The notes: generated by a model not told the origin, from the sequence alone. Positions 30,265 through 39,352 are shown, numbered from the stretch's first letter. The stretch: 64,000 nucleotides of DNA from an uncultured Actinomycetota bacterium (GCA_963712425.1 CAVQHW010000001.1:296721-360720); one strand, 5' to 3'. Translations and numbers: made by a program.

Positions 30265-30696
30265 ATGACGGGCGGACCACCGACCCTTGATCGCGACGCT
30301 GGGACTCCTTGCATCGGTCTCGGTAGCCGGATGTCAGTTCCCAGAGCAGATGCGACAAGCTACCCCGATCCCGACGACCACTTCAGCCGCTTCGGTTGCG
30401 TCGTCGACAAGAGCGGGAGTCATGTGAACTCGAGTTGACGTATGAGAGTCGCACCTACACCGTACGAAGCGGAGCGCTGGTGACGGACGTCGGGGAACCG
30501 ATCGAGGGCTTCGAGGTCCGGAGGATGCAGCGGCTCCGAGCCCGACGAACGGAAGCGTGCGAACGACACGGCCACCCTCAAGGCGTTCCGACTGGGCAGC
30601 TACTGCACAAGTGACGCACTGGCGGTCGAGATCGGAGAAGGTGAGCAATTGCTCGTCTTCGAGGTCAAACAACGTGAAAACTGGGTGCTGCCCTGA
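30265..30696 (+). pseudogene. Probable lipoprotein gene broken by about three frameshifts
   Basis: RBS GGAGGA plus ATG; LIATLGLLASVSVAGC lipobox, then CELELTYESRTYTV..., then ...LAVEIGEGEQLLVFEVKQRENWVLP*, each in a different frame. Confidence 0.45.
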
Positions 30697-30766
30697 ACAT
30701 CTGGCGGCAACTGCTGCTTGCAGAACGCGAACTGCCCCCGATGAGGATGGCGTTCATCTGGCCTTC

Positions 30767-31262
30767 TCACTCGATACCCGGGTAAGAGACTGCACGTATC
30801 GCACGCTTCGCCGGCGCTTGGTAACCGCAATTGCCAACGGGGATAGCCAGTCTGAACAGCCCATCTGCCGTCTGGGCGTACAGCGCTTCGGGTGCCTCTA
30901 TCACCGCCGGGCACGGGCGGTCGGCGTACGCATGGTCCGGTCGGGACAACGCAGCCACCAGGGGTTCAAATGAGGGATTGCTTGGTGCTAGGCGAACGAC
31001 GCCTGCGGGTCCGCCGCGGCGCAGAGCACACCACTATCGCCGTGGGATCGGGTACCAGCACCGTCGCCTTGACGTACGCCTCATCGAGCTTGACCTGGCA
31101 GTCCACCTGCTTGGCAGGAACTCCGCGAAGCCCTGTTGCACCCTCCTCGAAAGCCACCAGCTGCGTCGGGGTTGGTTCCGGCTCGGACTCCGGTGTTGAC
31201 GTGCATGCCGTCATCGCCAACGACGCTAGGCCGACCACTACGGCGAGGCGGTGAACCCGCAT
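30767..31262 (-). CDS. Lipoprotein; frameshift at about 31020
   Basis: RBS GGAGG, LASLAMTAC lipobox; continues as GVVRLAPSNPSFEPLVAALSRPD...CPAV...IPVGNCG in another frame. Confidence 0.6.
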
Positions 31263-31304
31263 GGGTGAGCCTCCGATTTGTTGCCCTGCTCAATGCGACG
31301 GCCG

Positions 31305-31707
31305 CTACGGGTACTCGACCAAGATGGCTCGGTCTGAGTCAACGCCTTCAATCGACCAGGCCTGGGTTGGCCTGTCGGGGTCAAGGTTCCCACTGTCGTT
31401 ACAGCCGGGGATGACGACGCCCTCTATAGGTCCTGCTGGCCGAGGCTCTTGCATGTAGCTGGGAGGCTCACTGCGGATCGTGTAGAAGTGGTCCTTCCAC
31501 GTGACTCCTGCGATGCATGCGGCAGGCACGATGAAGCCATTGGAGCCAAGTCGCTCGCCGGTGCTCACGGCCACCTCCAAGTCGCAGGGTGTCTTTGTCG
31601 TATGAATCGCTTTCAGGCATATCCGAGCCGGTACAACCGCTCAGGCTCAAGACCACAGCACCTACCAGGACGGCGATTTTCACCATGTCTGTCGGACGCA
31701 GGCTCAT
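31305..31707 (-). CDS. Lipoprotein, DUF6281-like; frameshift at about 31590
   Basis: LSLSGC lipobox in ORF 31468-31707; CIAGVTWKDHFY...IPGCND...WSIEGVDSDRAILV in ORF 31305-31580. Confidence 0.6.
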
Positions 31708-31710
31708 AGC

Positions 31711-32280
31711 TCAAGGTTCCCTAGAGGGGGCGACCTGACTCATCTCAACTAAGAACTTGCCAGTACGCATGGAGATGTAGGCGTAGAAGCCTCGACAATG
31801 CCCCTTGTCCCCGTACTCACACGCCGCACTCTTCGCTTCATCAACGACGTTCCGCAGTTCCCTGGCAGATTCGACAACTGTCTTCACGTCCTCAACCATT
31901 GAGGGAGGTGGGGCGCCGATGTAAGTCGGTGAACCAGGGCGCTGCAGCCCCCGGACCTCGCGCAAGAAGAAGGTAAGTTGCCTGCCAAGCAATGGCGGGG
32001 CCTTGAGACACCTGGCAACAGTTTCTGAGTACGGCCTGTAGAGACAGTCCCCCAGAGTGTCGGCAGTATCCGCCAAGAACTTGTCGTGAAGTCCGAAGAC
32101 AAGTGCGTAATCCTGGGATGAAGCAACACGGCCATCAGTGCTACTTGCGTCTGGGCTCACGGTCGAACGCGTGTCTGAACCAGGTGAAGAGTCACTAGTG
32201 CAGCCAGTCAGTACCACTACAGAAGCACTGAACAGCAGCAGTGCGCTTCTCCACAACCTGGGCGTTCGGCGTTGCCTCAT
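31711..32280 (-). CDS. Lipoprotein of unknown function
   Basis: VVVLTGC lipobox, Ser/Thr linker, helical domain with four Cys. Confidence 0.7.
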   Translation of the reverse strand: MRQRRTPRLWRSALLLFSASVVVLTGCTSDSSPGSDTRSTVSPDASSTDGRVASSQDYALVFGLHDKFLADTADTLGDCLYRPYSETVARCLKAPPLLGRQLTFFLREVRGLQRPGSPTYIGAPPPSMVEDVKTVVESARELRNVVDEAKSAACEYGDKGHCRGFYAYISMRTGKFLVEMSQVAPSREP

Positions 32281-32405
32281 GGCTCAAGGGTTCCCCATGT
32301 GTCGCTAGTAGACCGCTGCGACTGCCAGCGGCACCCACAATGTTTGGGGCCAGTGGACATTCTGCACACCGGGACCGCACTGCTGGATGGGTAGTGTGGC
32401 GAATT

Positions 32406-32843
32406 GTGGCCATCAAACTTGAGAACGTAGGCATCGCCGTCCGCGACCTCGAGGCGACGATCGCCTTCTTCACCGACCTCGGGCTAACGGTCCTTGGTCG
32501 TGACACGGTCAGCGGTGAGTGGACCGACACTGCCGTCGGCCTTGACGGCAATCATGCCAAGATTGCGATGCTGCAGACGCCTGACGGTCAAGGTCGCCTC
32601 GAACTCTTCGAGTACATCCACCCGCAAGCGATCGAGTCGGAGCCCACTCGCCCCAACGAGATTGGCATGCACCGCGTCGCCTTCTCTGTCGACGACATTG
32701 ATGAAGCCCTCGAGATCGCGGCAAAGCACGGTTGCCGTCCGCTCCGGGGCGTGGCCACCTACGAGGACGTCTACAAGCTCACGTACGTGCGCGGACCGAG
32801 CGGCATCATCGTGATGCTCGCCGAGGAACTGAAGAAGAGCTGA
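32406..32843 (+). CDS. VOC (glyoxalase/bleomycin resistance) family protein
   Basis: ENVGIAVRDLEATIAFF, RLELFEY, MHRVAFSVDDID, YVRGPSGIIVMLAE. Confidence 0.92.
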   Translation: MAIKLENVGIAVRDLEATIAFFTDLGLTVLGRDTVSGEWTDTAVGLDGNHAKIAMLQTPDGQGRLELFEYIHPQAIESEPTRPNEIGMHRVAFSVDDIDEALEIAAKHGCRPLRGVATYEDVYKLTYVRGPSGIIVMLAEELKKS

Positions 32844-32848
32844 GGCGC

Positions 32849-33145
32849 ATGGGCGATGCTCCCAAGGAGCGGTGGAGTTACGCCCTGGTCTTGATTCCGT
32901 TCACTGGCGTCGTTCTAGCCTTGTGGCTGCTCGTCGTTGTGAGTCAATACCCGCACAACGACATCACGGCTACCTATGCCAGTGGCATCGGTTGGATTGC
33001 GATCGTCGCGAACGGGTGGTTCACCTTTGCGGCGGTGATCGCGAAACTGAAAGCTCGCGTCATTGTGGCGATCATCAGCCTGTTTCCTACCGCGCTGTGC
33101 CTGCTCGGACTTGCAGCGATGGCAGACGCCAATAGCCCTTCCTAG
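32849..33145 (+). CDS. Small membrane protein with three TM segments
   Basis: Three hydrophobic segments; begins 5 bp after the VOC stop codon. Confidence 0.6.
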   Translation: MGDAPKERWSYALVLIPFTGVVLALWLLVVVSQYPHNDITATYASGIGWIAIVANGWFTFAAVIAKLKARVIVAIISLFPTALCLLGLAAMADANSPS

Positions 33146-33282
33146 TGCATTGATGTGTCACAACTTCTGTCACAGACCTCCCCGGATCACCCCGGACGTA
33201 AGCGCATGAAAGACATCAGACAGCAGTGCGCTGAGCACGAAACCACACCCTCACGGACCGTCTCGGACGTGCTCGGACATGC

Positions 33283-33309
33283 GTGTGCTCACTGGGGGTC
33301 AAGGGGTCG
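33283..33309 (+). repeat. 27-bp exact direct repeat, copy 1 (tRNA-Pro(GGG)-like att remnant)
   Basis: gtgtgctcactgggggtcaaggggtcg is identical to 34551-34577. Confidence 0.9.
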
Positions 33310-33364
33310 CGTTTCTCGCGCACGGGTGAATGCGGCCAAAGACGGACGGAAGCGGTCCGCGCGG

Positions 33365-33967
33365 TCAGGGGTGGGCAGGTAGGTCGCCTCGGCGAGTGGG
33401 GACCGAGAGTTGAGGTTGTAGCTCGCTGATGAGTGTGATGAGTTCGGTTTCTCGTTGGGCGTTGTACTCGATGGTGCCATCGTTCATGGCGTGCAACTCA
33501 AGAACAGCAGCGAGGTAGTCAGCATCAGCGGGTGTTGGGGCATCACCGTTGATCTGATTGCCCAGGATGTAGCTGGCGGGCCTATCGGGCCAGGTCCATT
33601 GTTCGTAGCAGAAGCCGACTCCGTCGACGTATTCCGCGAAAGCCTCACAGCCGTAAACGGTCCCTGACATTGGTTCCAGTCCCAGTGCTTCGCCAACCTC
33701 CTTTCCGGTGAGGCCTCGAATGTCGGGGATTGATGTCTGACCGTCGTTCGGCCCAGTGAGGACTGAATCGGGAGCCGAGCCCGGCCGATCCAGCCAGGCA
33801 ATACCTCCAACGAGCACCGCGGTCACCGCCGCAACGGCGATTGGAGCGATCCACCTGGATCGGAATCGTCCCTTCCACCCCAGGGTCGGTGCGTACACGC
33901 TGACGTGCGGCGCATCCTGGACGTGGCGTTGCAGGGTTTCTCTGAGTTGTTCCTCGGTGGAGTTCAT
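33365..33967 (-). CDS. Single-pass membrane protein, putative anti-sigma factor
   Basis: EEQLRETLQRH N-terminus, TM segment WIAPIAVAAVTAVLVGGIAWL; 4-bp overlap with the upstream ECF sigma. Confidence 0.7.
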   Translation of the reverse strand: MNSTEEQLRETLQRHVQDAPHVSVYAPTLGWKGRFRSRWIAPIAVAAVTAVLVGGIAWLDRPGSAPDSVLTGPNDGQTSIPDIRGLTGKEVGEALGLEPMSGTVYGCEAFAEYVDGVGFCYEQWTWPDRPASYILGNQINGDAPTPADADYLAAVLELHAMNDGTIEYNAQRETELITLISELQPQLSVPTRRGDLPAHP

Positions 33968-34470
33968 CTCTTGTATTCCTCGCTATGGGAACGCGTGAGA
34001 GTTCGAAGCGTCTTGAGGCCGTGCGAGATGTGGGATCGCACGGTCGCCACCCTGCATCCCAGGTGATCAGCGATCTCCGGGTCGGGCAGATCAAGGTAGA
34101 ACCGCATCACCAACGCTGCACGTTGTTGTCGTGGCAACTGATGCAGAAGTTGCCACATCTCGTCGTTCTCTCCGAATGCCTCGACCGTCCGGGTCTTTTC
34201 ATCGGGATGTTGATCCATGAGCTGATGGGTGTCAGTCGGGATCTCCGTTGTCATTCGACGTCGTCGCCAACTCAGGTACTCCCGCACCAGGATCTGCCGT
34301 ACGTAAGCATCGGGTCGGTCTGCCGCCTGAACTCGCCGCCAGGCGCGGTGGGCTTTGGTCAATGCGGTTTGGACGAGATCCTCGGCGGTCTGCTCATGTC
34401 CGCAGAGAAGGTAGGCAACACCCGCCAGGGCAGGCGCGTTCGCCTGGACGAAAGACTCAAAGTCGTCCAC
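33964..34470 (-). CDS. ECF (SigE-family) RNA polymerase sigma factor
   Basis: AYLLCG, AEDLVQTALTK, YVRQILVR, LPRQQRAALVMRFYLDLPDPEIA, ATVRSHISHGL. GTG start at 34470 follows GGAGG. Confidence 0.92.
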   Translation of the reverse strand: MDDFESFVQANAPALAGVAYLLCGHEQTAEDLVQTALTKAHRAWRRVQAADRPDAYVRQILVREYLSWRRRRMTTEIPTDTHQLMDQHPDEKTRTVEAFGENDEMWQLLHQLPRQQRAALVMRFYLDLPDPEIADHLGCRVATVRSHISHGLKTLRTLTRSHSEEYKR

Positions 34471-34550
34471 GCCCACCTCCCTCAACAAGTAAGACGCATC
34501 GAAAGGCCTCGATTGTGGAGTCTTCTGAGGACTTGCTGGTGCGCTCCGGT

Positions 34551-34577
34551 GTGTGCTCACTGGGGGTCAAGGGGTCG
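34551..34577 (+). repeat. 27-bp exact direct repeat, copy 2
   Basis: Identical to 33283-33309. Confidence 0.9.
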
Positions 34578-34837
34578 GGGGTTGACGACGAGGCGGCCCA
34601 ACCTCAAGGACAGCCTGAGGACGTTTGGTCGCTCGGGCCCCAAGTATTGGACCAAGAACTGGCCGTCCAAGGACTCCTCAAGCAGGTGAAAGGACTCGGT
34701 GGTAACGATTGTGCCTGTCGTTTCGAGAGACAACTGATCGGGATCGGAGACCGTCGTCCACTTCTCATCGCGCCTAGTCGGAATCTGGCCAAGAGGCAGG
34801 CAGTGAACTGCGAAGTCAGTGAGTGAGCGTTCGGCAG

Positions 34838-35137
34838 TTAGTCGGAGAGGTAGCCGCTGACGTTCCAATAATCGTTCCGAGCCCCTGCCCTCGCCACGTC
34901 ACATCCGGACCAGAACATCGCCGCCTCGTTCGAGGCATCCTTGCGCCCGTACTTCTCAGCCGCTGCATCCTGGCATGGATCGTGTCCAGAGGAGTTCCGT
35001 TGAAGATTCTGGCCTGCGTCATAACCGGCTCGGAAGTCGTCCCAAAGCCAGACCTTCGCGGAGTACGCCCAAGCACCGCCCGCCAGCCCCACCACCAGGA
35101 GTAGAGCAAGGCCGCCGACGATAAGAGTTCGCCTCAC
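34838..35137 (-). CDS. Small secreted or membrane-anchored hypothetical protein
   Basis: Signal-like N-terminus ending AWA, two Cys, F..GY..G pattern. Confidence 0.6.
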   Translation of the reverse strand: MRRTLIVGGLALLLVVGLAGGAWAYSAKVWLWDDFRAGYDAGQNLQRNSSGHDPCQDAAAEKYGRKDASNEAAMFWSGCDVARAGARNDYWNVSGYLSD

Positions 35138-35414
35138 AGTGGTGATTGTGGCAGGTCAGACGATTCCTGAGTGCGGTTTCTCATACGTGATCTCACTTGC
35201 TGCCTTCGCTCAAGTGGATCGATCTCGAACGGCCATAACGGCGGGGAGTGCTTGCGTCCGTTGCTACTCGCGCCGACCTACCATTTGGGTGAGGGGGTTG
35301 TTTGGAAGCGGAACTCGACGGAATCTCGGCTGGAACATGACTCCTATTGCACGTATGTTGCACACGGCCTCGGGTAACAAGATCGAGATACGCTCTGACC
35401 TGCGAAAATGCGTG

Positions 35415-35487
35415 CTCCCGCGACTGGACTCGAACCAGTAACCTGCCGGTTAACAGCCGGCTGCTCTGCCAATTGAGCTACGCGGGA
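35415..35487 (-). tRNA. tRNA-Asn(GTT)
   Basis: Reverse complement TCCCGCGTAGCTCAATTGGCAGAGCAGCCGGCTGTTAACCGGCAGGTTACTGGTTCGAGTCCAGTCGCGGGAG folds as a cloverleaf; no encoded CCA. Confidence 0.96.
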
Positions 35488-35545
35488 AGGTGCCCTACGG
35501 GGCCCAGCGAGAATACCAGCCGACCCACGCGAGACCTTCAGGTGC

Positions 35546-36043
35546 TCAGCCCAGCGAAACCTCGGCTCGCACTTCGTCCATAGCGCTCTGCGCCGCCCTT
35601 TGAATCTCCGGATCATCCGCAAGATCCGGATCGAGGTCGCTACGCCAAACAATCTCGCCCGACCCGCTTCGTCGCCCCACGATTCGCACACCAACGTCGT
35701 CGGTCAGTGGCACGAACCGATCAACCACGACGCTCGACGTCACACGGTCTCGTATCGCGATCGGTAGCTCACGACCGTCGCCAACGGGAACTCGCAAGGT
35801 CGCCGACTCCAGCTCGGGTATGAGCGTGACGCTCAGTACGCCACCTTCATAGGTGGCGTACTCGATCTCTTCCCAGCCAATTCGGGTGTACGCCGGCGGT
35901 GTGCGCTGTAGATGCAGCGCAGTCTCGGTTGCCACGACGGCTCGCCCTTGCCCGTCGTCGGCCCACGCCAGCACTCGCTCTTTCGGACGCAGCTCAAGAG
36001 CTTGGCGCACATCCGCGGGTAATGCAGGCTTGCGCAACTTCAC
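35546..36043 (-). CDS. Conserved actinobacterial hypothetical protein downstream of dnaG
   Basis: ERVLAWA, IGWEEIEYA, IRDRVTSSVV, GVRIVGRR patterns; co-oriented with dnaG, 12 bp after it. Confidence 0.75.
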   Translation of the reverse strand: MKLRKPALPADVRQALELRPKERVLAWADDGQGRAVVATETALHLQRTPPAYTRIGWEEIEYATYEGGVLSVTLIPELESATLRVPVGDGRELPIAIRDRVTSSVVVDRFVPLTDDVGVRIVGRRSGSGEIVWRSDLDPDLADDPEIQRAAQSAMDEVRAEVSLG

Positions 36044-36055
36044 GGGCGGCAGCCC

Positions 36056-37939
36056 TCAGTCGACACCGAAAGACTCCTCATGAATCTTGCGTCGTGCTGC
36101 CTCGAGTGTGACCAGCTCGCCGAACACCTCCGAATGCGCGCCGGGGTCCTCCGACTCCAGACGCTGCATCCGCGAGCGCAGCTGATCAATCTTCAGCGTG
36201 AGGACCCGCTCGCGGGCGCGTCCGAGCTGCTCGGTGGCGTACCGATCGAGGGCTGCCTCTTCGACCTGGATCGGCTCGACCGCCAGTTCGTTGAGGATCG
36301 ATCGCACGGTGTCGTCGGACGCCGCATCTGACAGACGGTTGAGCCACTGCTGATCAGCCTTTGCCACACCCCCGGCCGACTCGATCGTTCGACGCACCTC
36401 GATATAGGCAGGGTGCCCGAACAGATCCGCCGGCAACTCGTCGAACGAGACATCGAGCCGACCCGGATGCTGCACGGCGAGTTTGAGCAGCTCGCGAGGG
36501 CCAGCGAGTCTGCGGTCGCCCGGTTCGGGACGCGGCATGCTCGGCTGCGCCGTGGCGGCACCACTCTCGTCACCGCGCACCTGCGGCGCCGGTTGCCGAC
36601 TCTGCTGCTTGACCGACCGATGAGCCTGGCTGACGGCGTCCAGCACCGGCTTCACTTCCATGCCGAGCCAACCGGCGAGTGACCGCGCGTACTCGGGTCG
36701 AAGGGATTGGTCTCTGATCTGCGCCACGACTGGTGCAGCCGCGCGCAGCGCCGCGACGCGTCCGGCCGGCTGGTCGAGGTCGTGGCCCGCGAGCACGCTG
36801 CGAATGGCGAACTCAAAGAGCGGCACCGACTTGTCGACCAGCGATGCCACGGCCGCATCGCCTTGCTTCTGTCGCAGCTCGCACGGGTCGAGCCCGTTCG
36901 GCTCGACCGCGACGAACGTCTGCGCGACGAAACGTTGGTCGTCGGCGAACGCGCGCATCGCCGCCTTCTGGCCAGCGGCGTCCCCGTCGAAGGTGAAGAT
37001 CACCTGACCGCCGAAGGTGTCGTTGTCCATCAACAACCGACGCAGCACCTTGATGTGATCGGTTCCGAACGCCGTTCCGCAGGTCGCGATTGCCGTCTCG
37101 ACACCAGCGAGGTGGCACGCCATGACATCGGTGTACCCCTCGACAATCACCGCCTTGCGCTGTTGCGAAATCGCTCGCTTCGCCAGGTCGATGCCGTAGA
37201 GCACCTGCCCCTTGCGGTAGATCGGTGTCTCGGACGTGTTCAGGTACTTCGGGCCTTGGTCGTCTTCGAGCAACTTGCGGGCGCCAAATCCGATGACATC
37301 ACCAGTGATGTCGCGGATGGGCCACATCAGGCGTCCGCGGAAGCGATCGATGAGACCGCGTTGGCCCTCTTTCGACAGACCGCCGACGGTCAACTCGCGA
37401 TCAGAGAAGCCCTTGCTGCGCAAGTGGCGAGTGAGCGCGTCCCACGAGTTGGGGGCGAAGCCAACGCCAAAGTGAGCAGCGGCGTCCGCGTCGAAACCGC
37501 GCTCGTCGAGGAAGCGGCGTCCGACGACGGCTTCTGCGCTGCCCAGCTGCTCGGAGTAGTAGGCGGCCGCTACTCGGTGCGCCTCGAGCAGTCGGGTGCG
37601 CTCACCCTGTGGACGCCGCGCCCCGGTGCTGGTCTCTTCGTACTGCAACTCGATACCGAACCGGGCGGCCAGCTTCTCAACGGCCTCTTGAAAGGTGAGG
37701 TGCTCGATGCGTTCGAGGAAGTCGATGACGTCGCCACCCACCTGGCAGCCGAAGCAGTGGTAGAGGCCCTTGGCGGGGGTGACGTGGAAGCTCGGGCTGC
37801 GCTCTTCGTGAAAGGGGCACAGGCCCTTGAGGCTGCCCCCACCGGCGGGTCGCAGAGTGACGTGGTCGCCCACCACCTCGGCGATCCCGGCGGCATCGCG
37901 AACCCGCACGACGTCGTCGGTGCGGATACGGCCAGCCAT
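36056..37939 (-). CDS. dnaG: DNA primase
   Basis: Zinc finger CPFHEERSPSF...HCFGC, RFRGRLMWPI, KYLNTSET, TOPRIM VEGYTDV and FDGDAAG. Confidence 0.98.
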   Translation of the reverse strand: MAGRIRTDDVVRVRDAAGIAEVVGDHVTLRPAGGGSLKGLCPFHEERSPSFHVTPAKGLYHCFGCQVGGDVIDFLERIEHLTFQEAVEKLAARFGIELQYEETSTGARRPQGERTRLLEAHRVAAAYYSEQLGSAEAVVGRRFLDERGFDADAAAHFGVGFAPNSWDALTRHLRSKGFSDRELTVGGLSKEGQRGLIDRFRGRLMWPIRDITGDVIGFGARKLLEDDQGPKYLNTSETPIYRKGQVLYGIDLAKRAISQQRKAVIVEGYTDVMACHLAGVETAIATCGTAFGTDHIKVLRRLLMDNDTFGGQVIFTFDGDAAGQKAAMRAFADDQRFVAQTFVAVEPNGLDPCELRQKQGDAAVASLVDKSVPLFEFAIRSVLAGHDLDQPAGRVAALRAAAPVVAQIRDQSLRPEYARSLAGWLGMEVKPVLDAVSQAHRSVKQQSRQPAPQVRGDESGAATAQPSMPRPEPGDRRLAGPRELLKLAVQHPGRLDVSFDELPADLFGHPAYIEVRRTIESAGGVAKADQQWLNRLSDAASDDTVRSILNELAVEPIQVEEAALDRYATEQLGRARERVLTLKIDQLRSRMQRLESEDPGAHSEVFGELVTLEAARRKIHEESFGVD

Positions 37940-38213
37940 GGGCGTGAGTCTAAGTGCCGCCTCCCACGCGACCGACGGTCACGTCCACCTCACCCTCAGC
38001 GACGGTTCCGCCGACCGGGCGCCCGCCAACTAGGGGGACCTCACGCCGATCGCGCCCCGTCGAGGCACCTGGCCCAGGAACCTCGTGATCGAGACGAGCG
38101 GTCAGGTCGCAAGTTCTCACGCTGGAACCTTGTGGGTTGGCAGTCGGGGGCTAACAGGGTTTCGAATGTTCGTGGTCACGGTGACTGTGAACGTGTCAAC
38201 TCAAGGAGCATCA

Positions 38214-38561
38214 ATGAAGCGCATTGCCATCTACAGCGCCGCGGCCGCGGTTGCGTTCGCCGGCAGCGGGTTGCTGGGTCTCGGTACCCAGGCCAGCGCC
38301 ACCACCGAGCACTGTGACTCGACCACGTTCCCCAACAAGGTTGAGGCAAACGCCGGTACGTCGGTTCAGACCGGCCTCAAGCCTGGGACGGTCGTCTGCA
38401 TCAAGGCCGGGACGAAGACCACGATCGTCAACGTTGACGCCAACGGCTTCATCACCCAGAACGCCATCATGAACAAGCCGGGTAACGCTTACTTGGGGAT
38501 TAGCTACTACGCCTACGGCGAGGGTCGCGACACCTGCCCGTCGGGTTGCCCCAACGGCTGA
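38214..38561 (+). CDS. Small secreted Cys-containing hypothetical protein
   Basis: RBS AAGGAG, signal peptide ending ASA, HC...CIKAG...ISYY...CPSGCP. Confidence 0.7.
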   Translation: MKRIAIYSAAAAVAFAGSGLLGLGTQASATTEHCDSTTFPNKVEANAGTSVQTGLKPGTVVCIKAGTKTTIVNVDANGFITQNAIMNKPGNAYLGISYYAYGEGRDTCPSGCPNG

Positions 38562-38712
38562 TCGTTTGGACAGTTGCACTGAGCCATCGGGCGGCTGTCA
38601 CTGGTCCGTCGGAAAGCTGCGCCGATTCATCGGACGCCCCGTCGTCTCTGCCTCGCGCGGAGCACGGCGGGGCTCTTCCGTTGTACGGACCGTTGCGATT
38701 CGAGGTGGCAGC

Positions 38713-38758
38713 TGTCAAGTTCACTTGACAGGCTGAGAGGTGTCAAGCATGCTTGACA
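38713..38758 (+). promoter_or_regulatory. Two palindromic operators TGTCAAG-N4-CTTGACA overlapping a probable leaderless promoter
   Basis: tgtcaagttcacttgaca (38713-38730) and tgtcaagcatgcttgaca (38741-38758); TTGACA-17 bp-CATGCT-6 bp-ATG. Confidence 0.85.
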
Positions 38759-38759
38759 C

Positions 38760-38954
38760 ATGGAGAACAGCGTGAGGGAGCATCGCGTCGCAGCGAACCT
38801 CTCTCAAGGGGATCTGGCCGCCGCCATCGGCGTCTCGCGCCAGACGATCAACTCCATCGAGAAGGGGCGCTATCTGCCGTCCTTGCCATTGGCGATCGCC
38901 CTAGCTCGGTTCTTTACTTCAACAGTCGAGGAGATGTTCGATGCCGACTCATGA
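38760..38954 (+). CDS. XRE-family HTH regulator (CylR2-like)
   Basis: LSQGDLAAAIGVSRQTINSIEKGRYLPSLPLA. Confidence 0.92.
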   Translation: MENSVREHRVAANLSQGDLAAAIGVSRQTINSIEKGRYLPSLPLAIALARFFTSTVEEMFDADS

Positions 38955-39348
38955 CGAAAGCACTCAAGCTCCAGCGAGATGGCGATGGTTGACCCCGATC
39001 ATCGGCATCGCGATCGGCGTCACCTACTTCGTGGCCGGATGGCTGGGTGGTGACGAGTCGTTCGCCTGGCTGGGCTTGATCCTGATGGTGACGATCACCG
39101 TCGCGTGGCTGATCCTGGCCCGCTACAGCGAGACGCTGGCCGGACTCCGCGACAGAACGGACGAGCGCTTCAACGCGATGGATCGGACTGCCACCACTTT
39201 CGCGGGCACTGTCGTCATCGCTGCGGTCCTTATCGGCTTTGTCGTGGAGGTAGCCCGTGGGGAGGATGGCATGCCTTACTCGATGTTGGGGGCCATCGGC
39301 GGAGTGGCCTACGTTCTCGCACTCGTCGTCCAGCGGCTTCGCACATGA
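38941..39348 (+). CDS. Four-TM membrane protein coupled to the XRE gene (DUF2178-like)
   Basis: Hydrophobic helices with a cytoplasmic DERFNAMD..A motif; overlaps the XRE stop codon. Confidence 0.75.
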   Translation: MPTHDESTQAPARWRWLTPIIGIAIGVTYFVAGWLGGDESFAWLGLILMVTITVAWLILARYSETLAGLRDRTDERFNAMDRTATTFAGTVVIAAVLIGFVVEVARGEDGMPYSMLGAIGGVAYVLALVVQRLRT

Positions 39349-39352
39349 GGGC

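Noticed and set aside
34557-34868. 103-aa minus-strand ORF ending inside repeat copy 2 (a 63-aa ORF likewise ends in copy 1)
   Set aside because: No RBS or family evidence; the shared PLDPQ* ending simply reflects the repeat sequence.
38124-38163. Long G-U-rich hairpin upstream of the secreted protein gene (possible riboswitch)
   Set aside because: No match to any riboswitch consensus I know; such pairing is common at this GC content.
36707-38317. Long plus-strand ORF (536 aa) antisense to dnaG, and similar shadow ORFs opposite ppdK, glyQS, potD, dgt and the AKR gene
   Set aside because: These are typical stop-poor antisense frames of high-GC coding DNA; they show no motifs and fully overlap confident genes.
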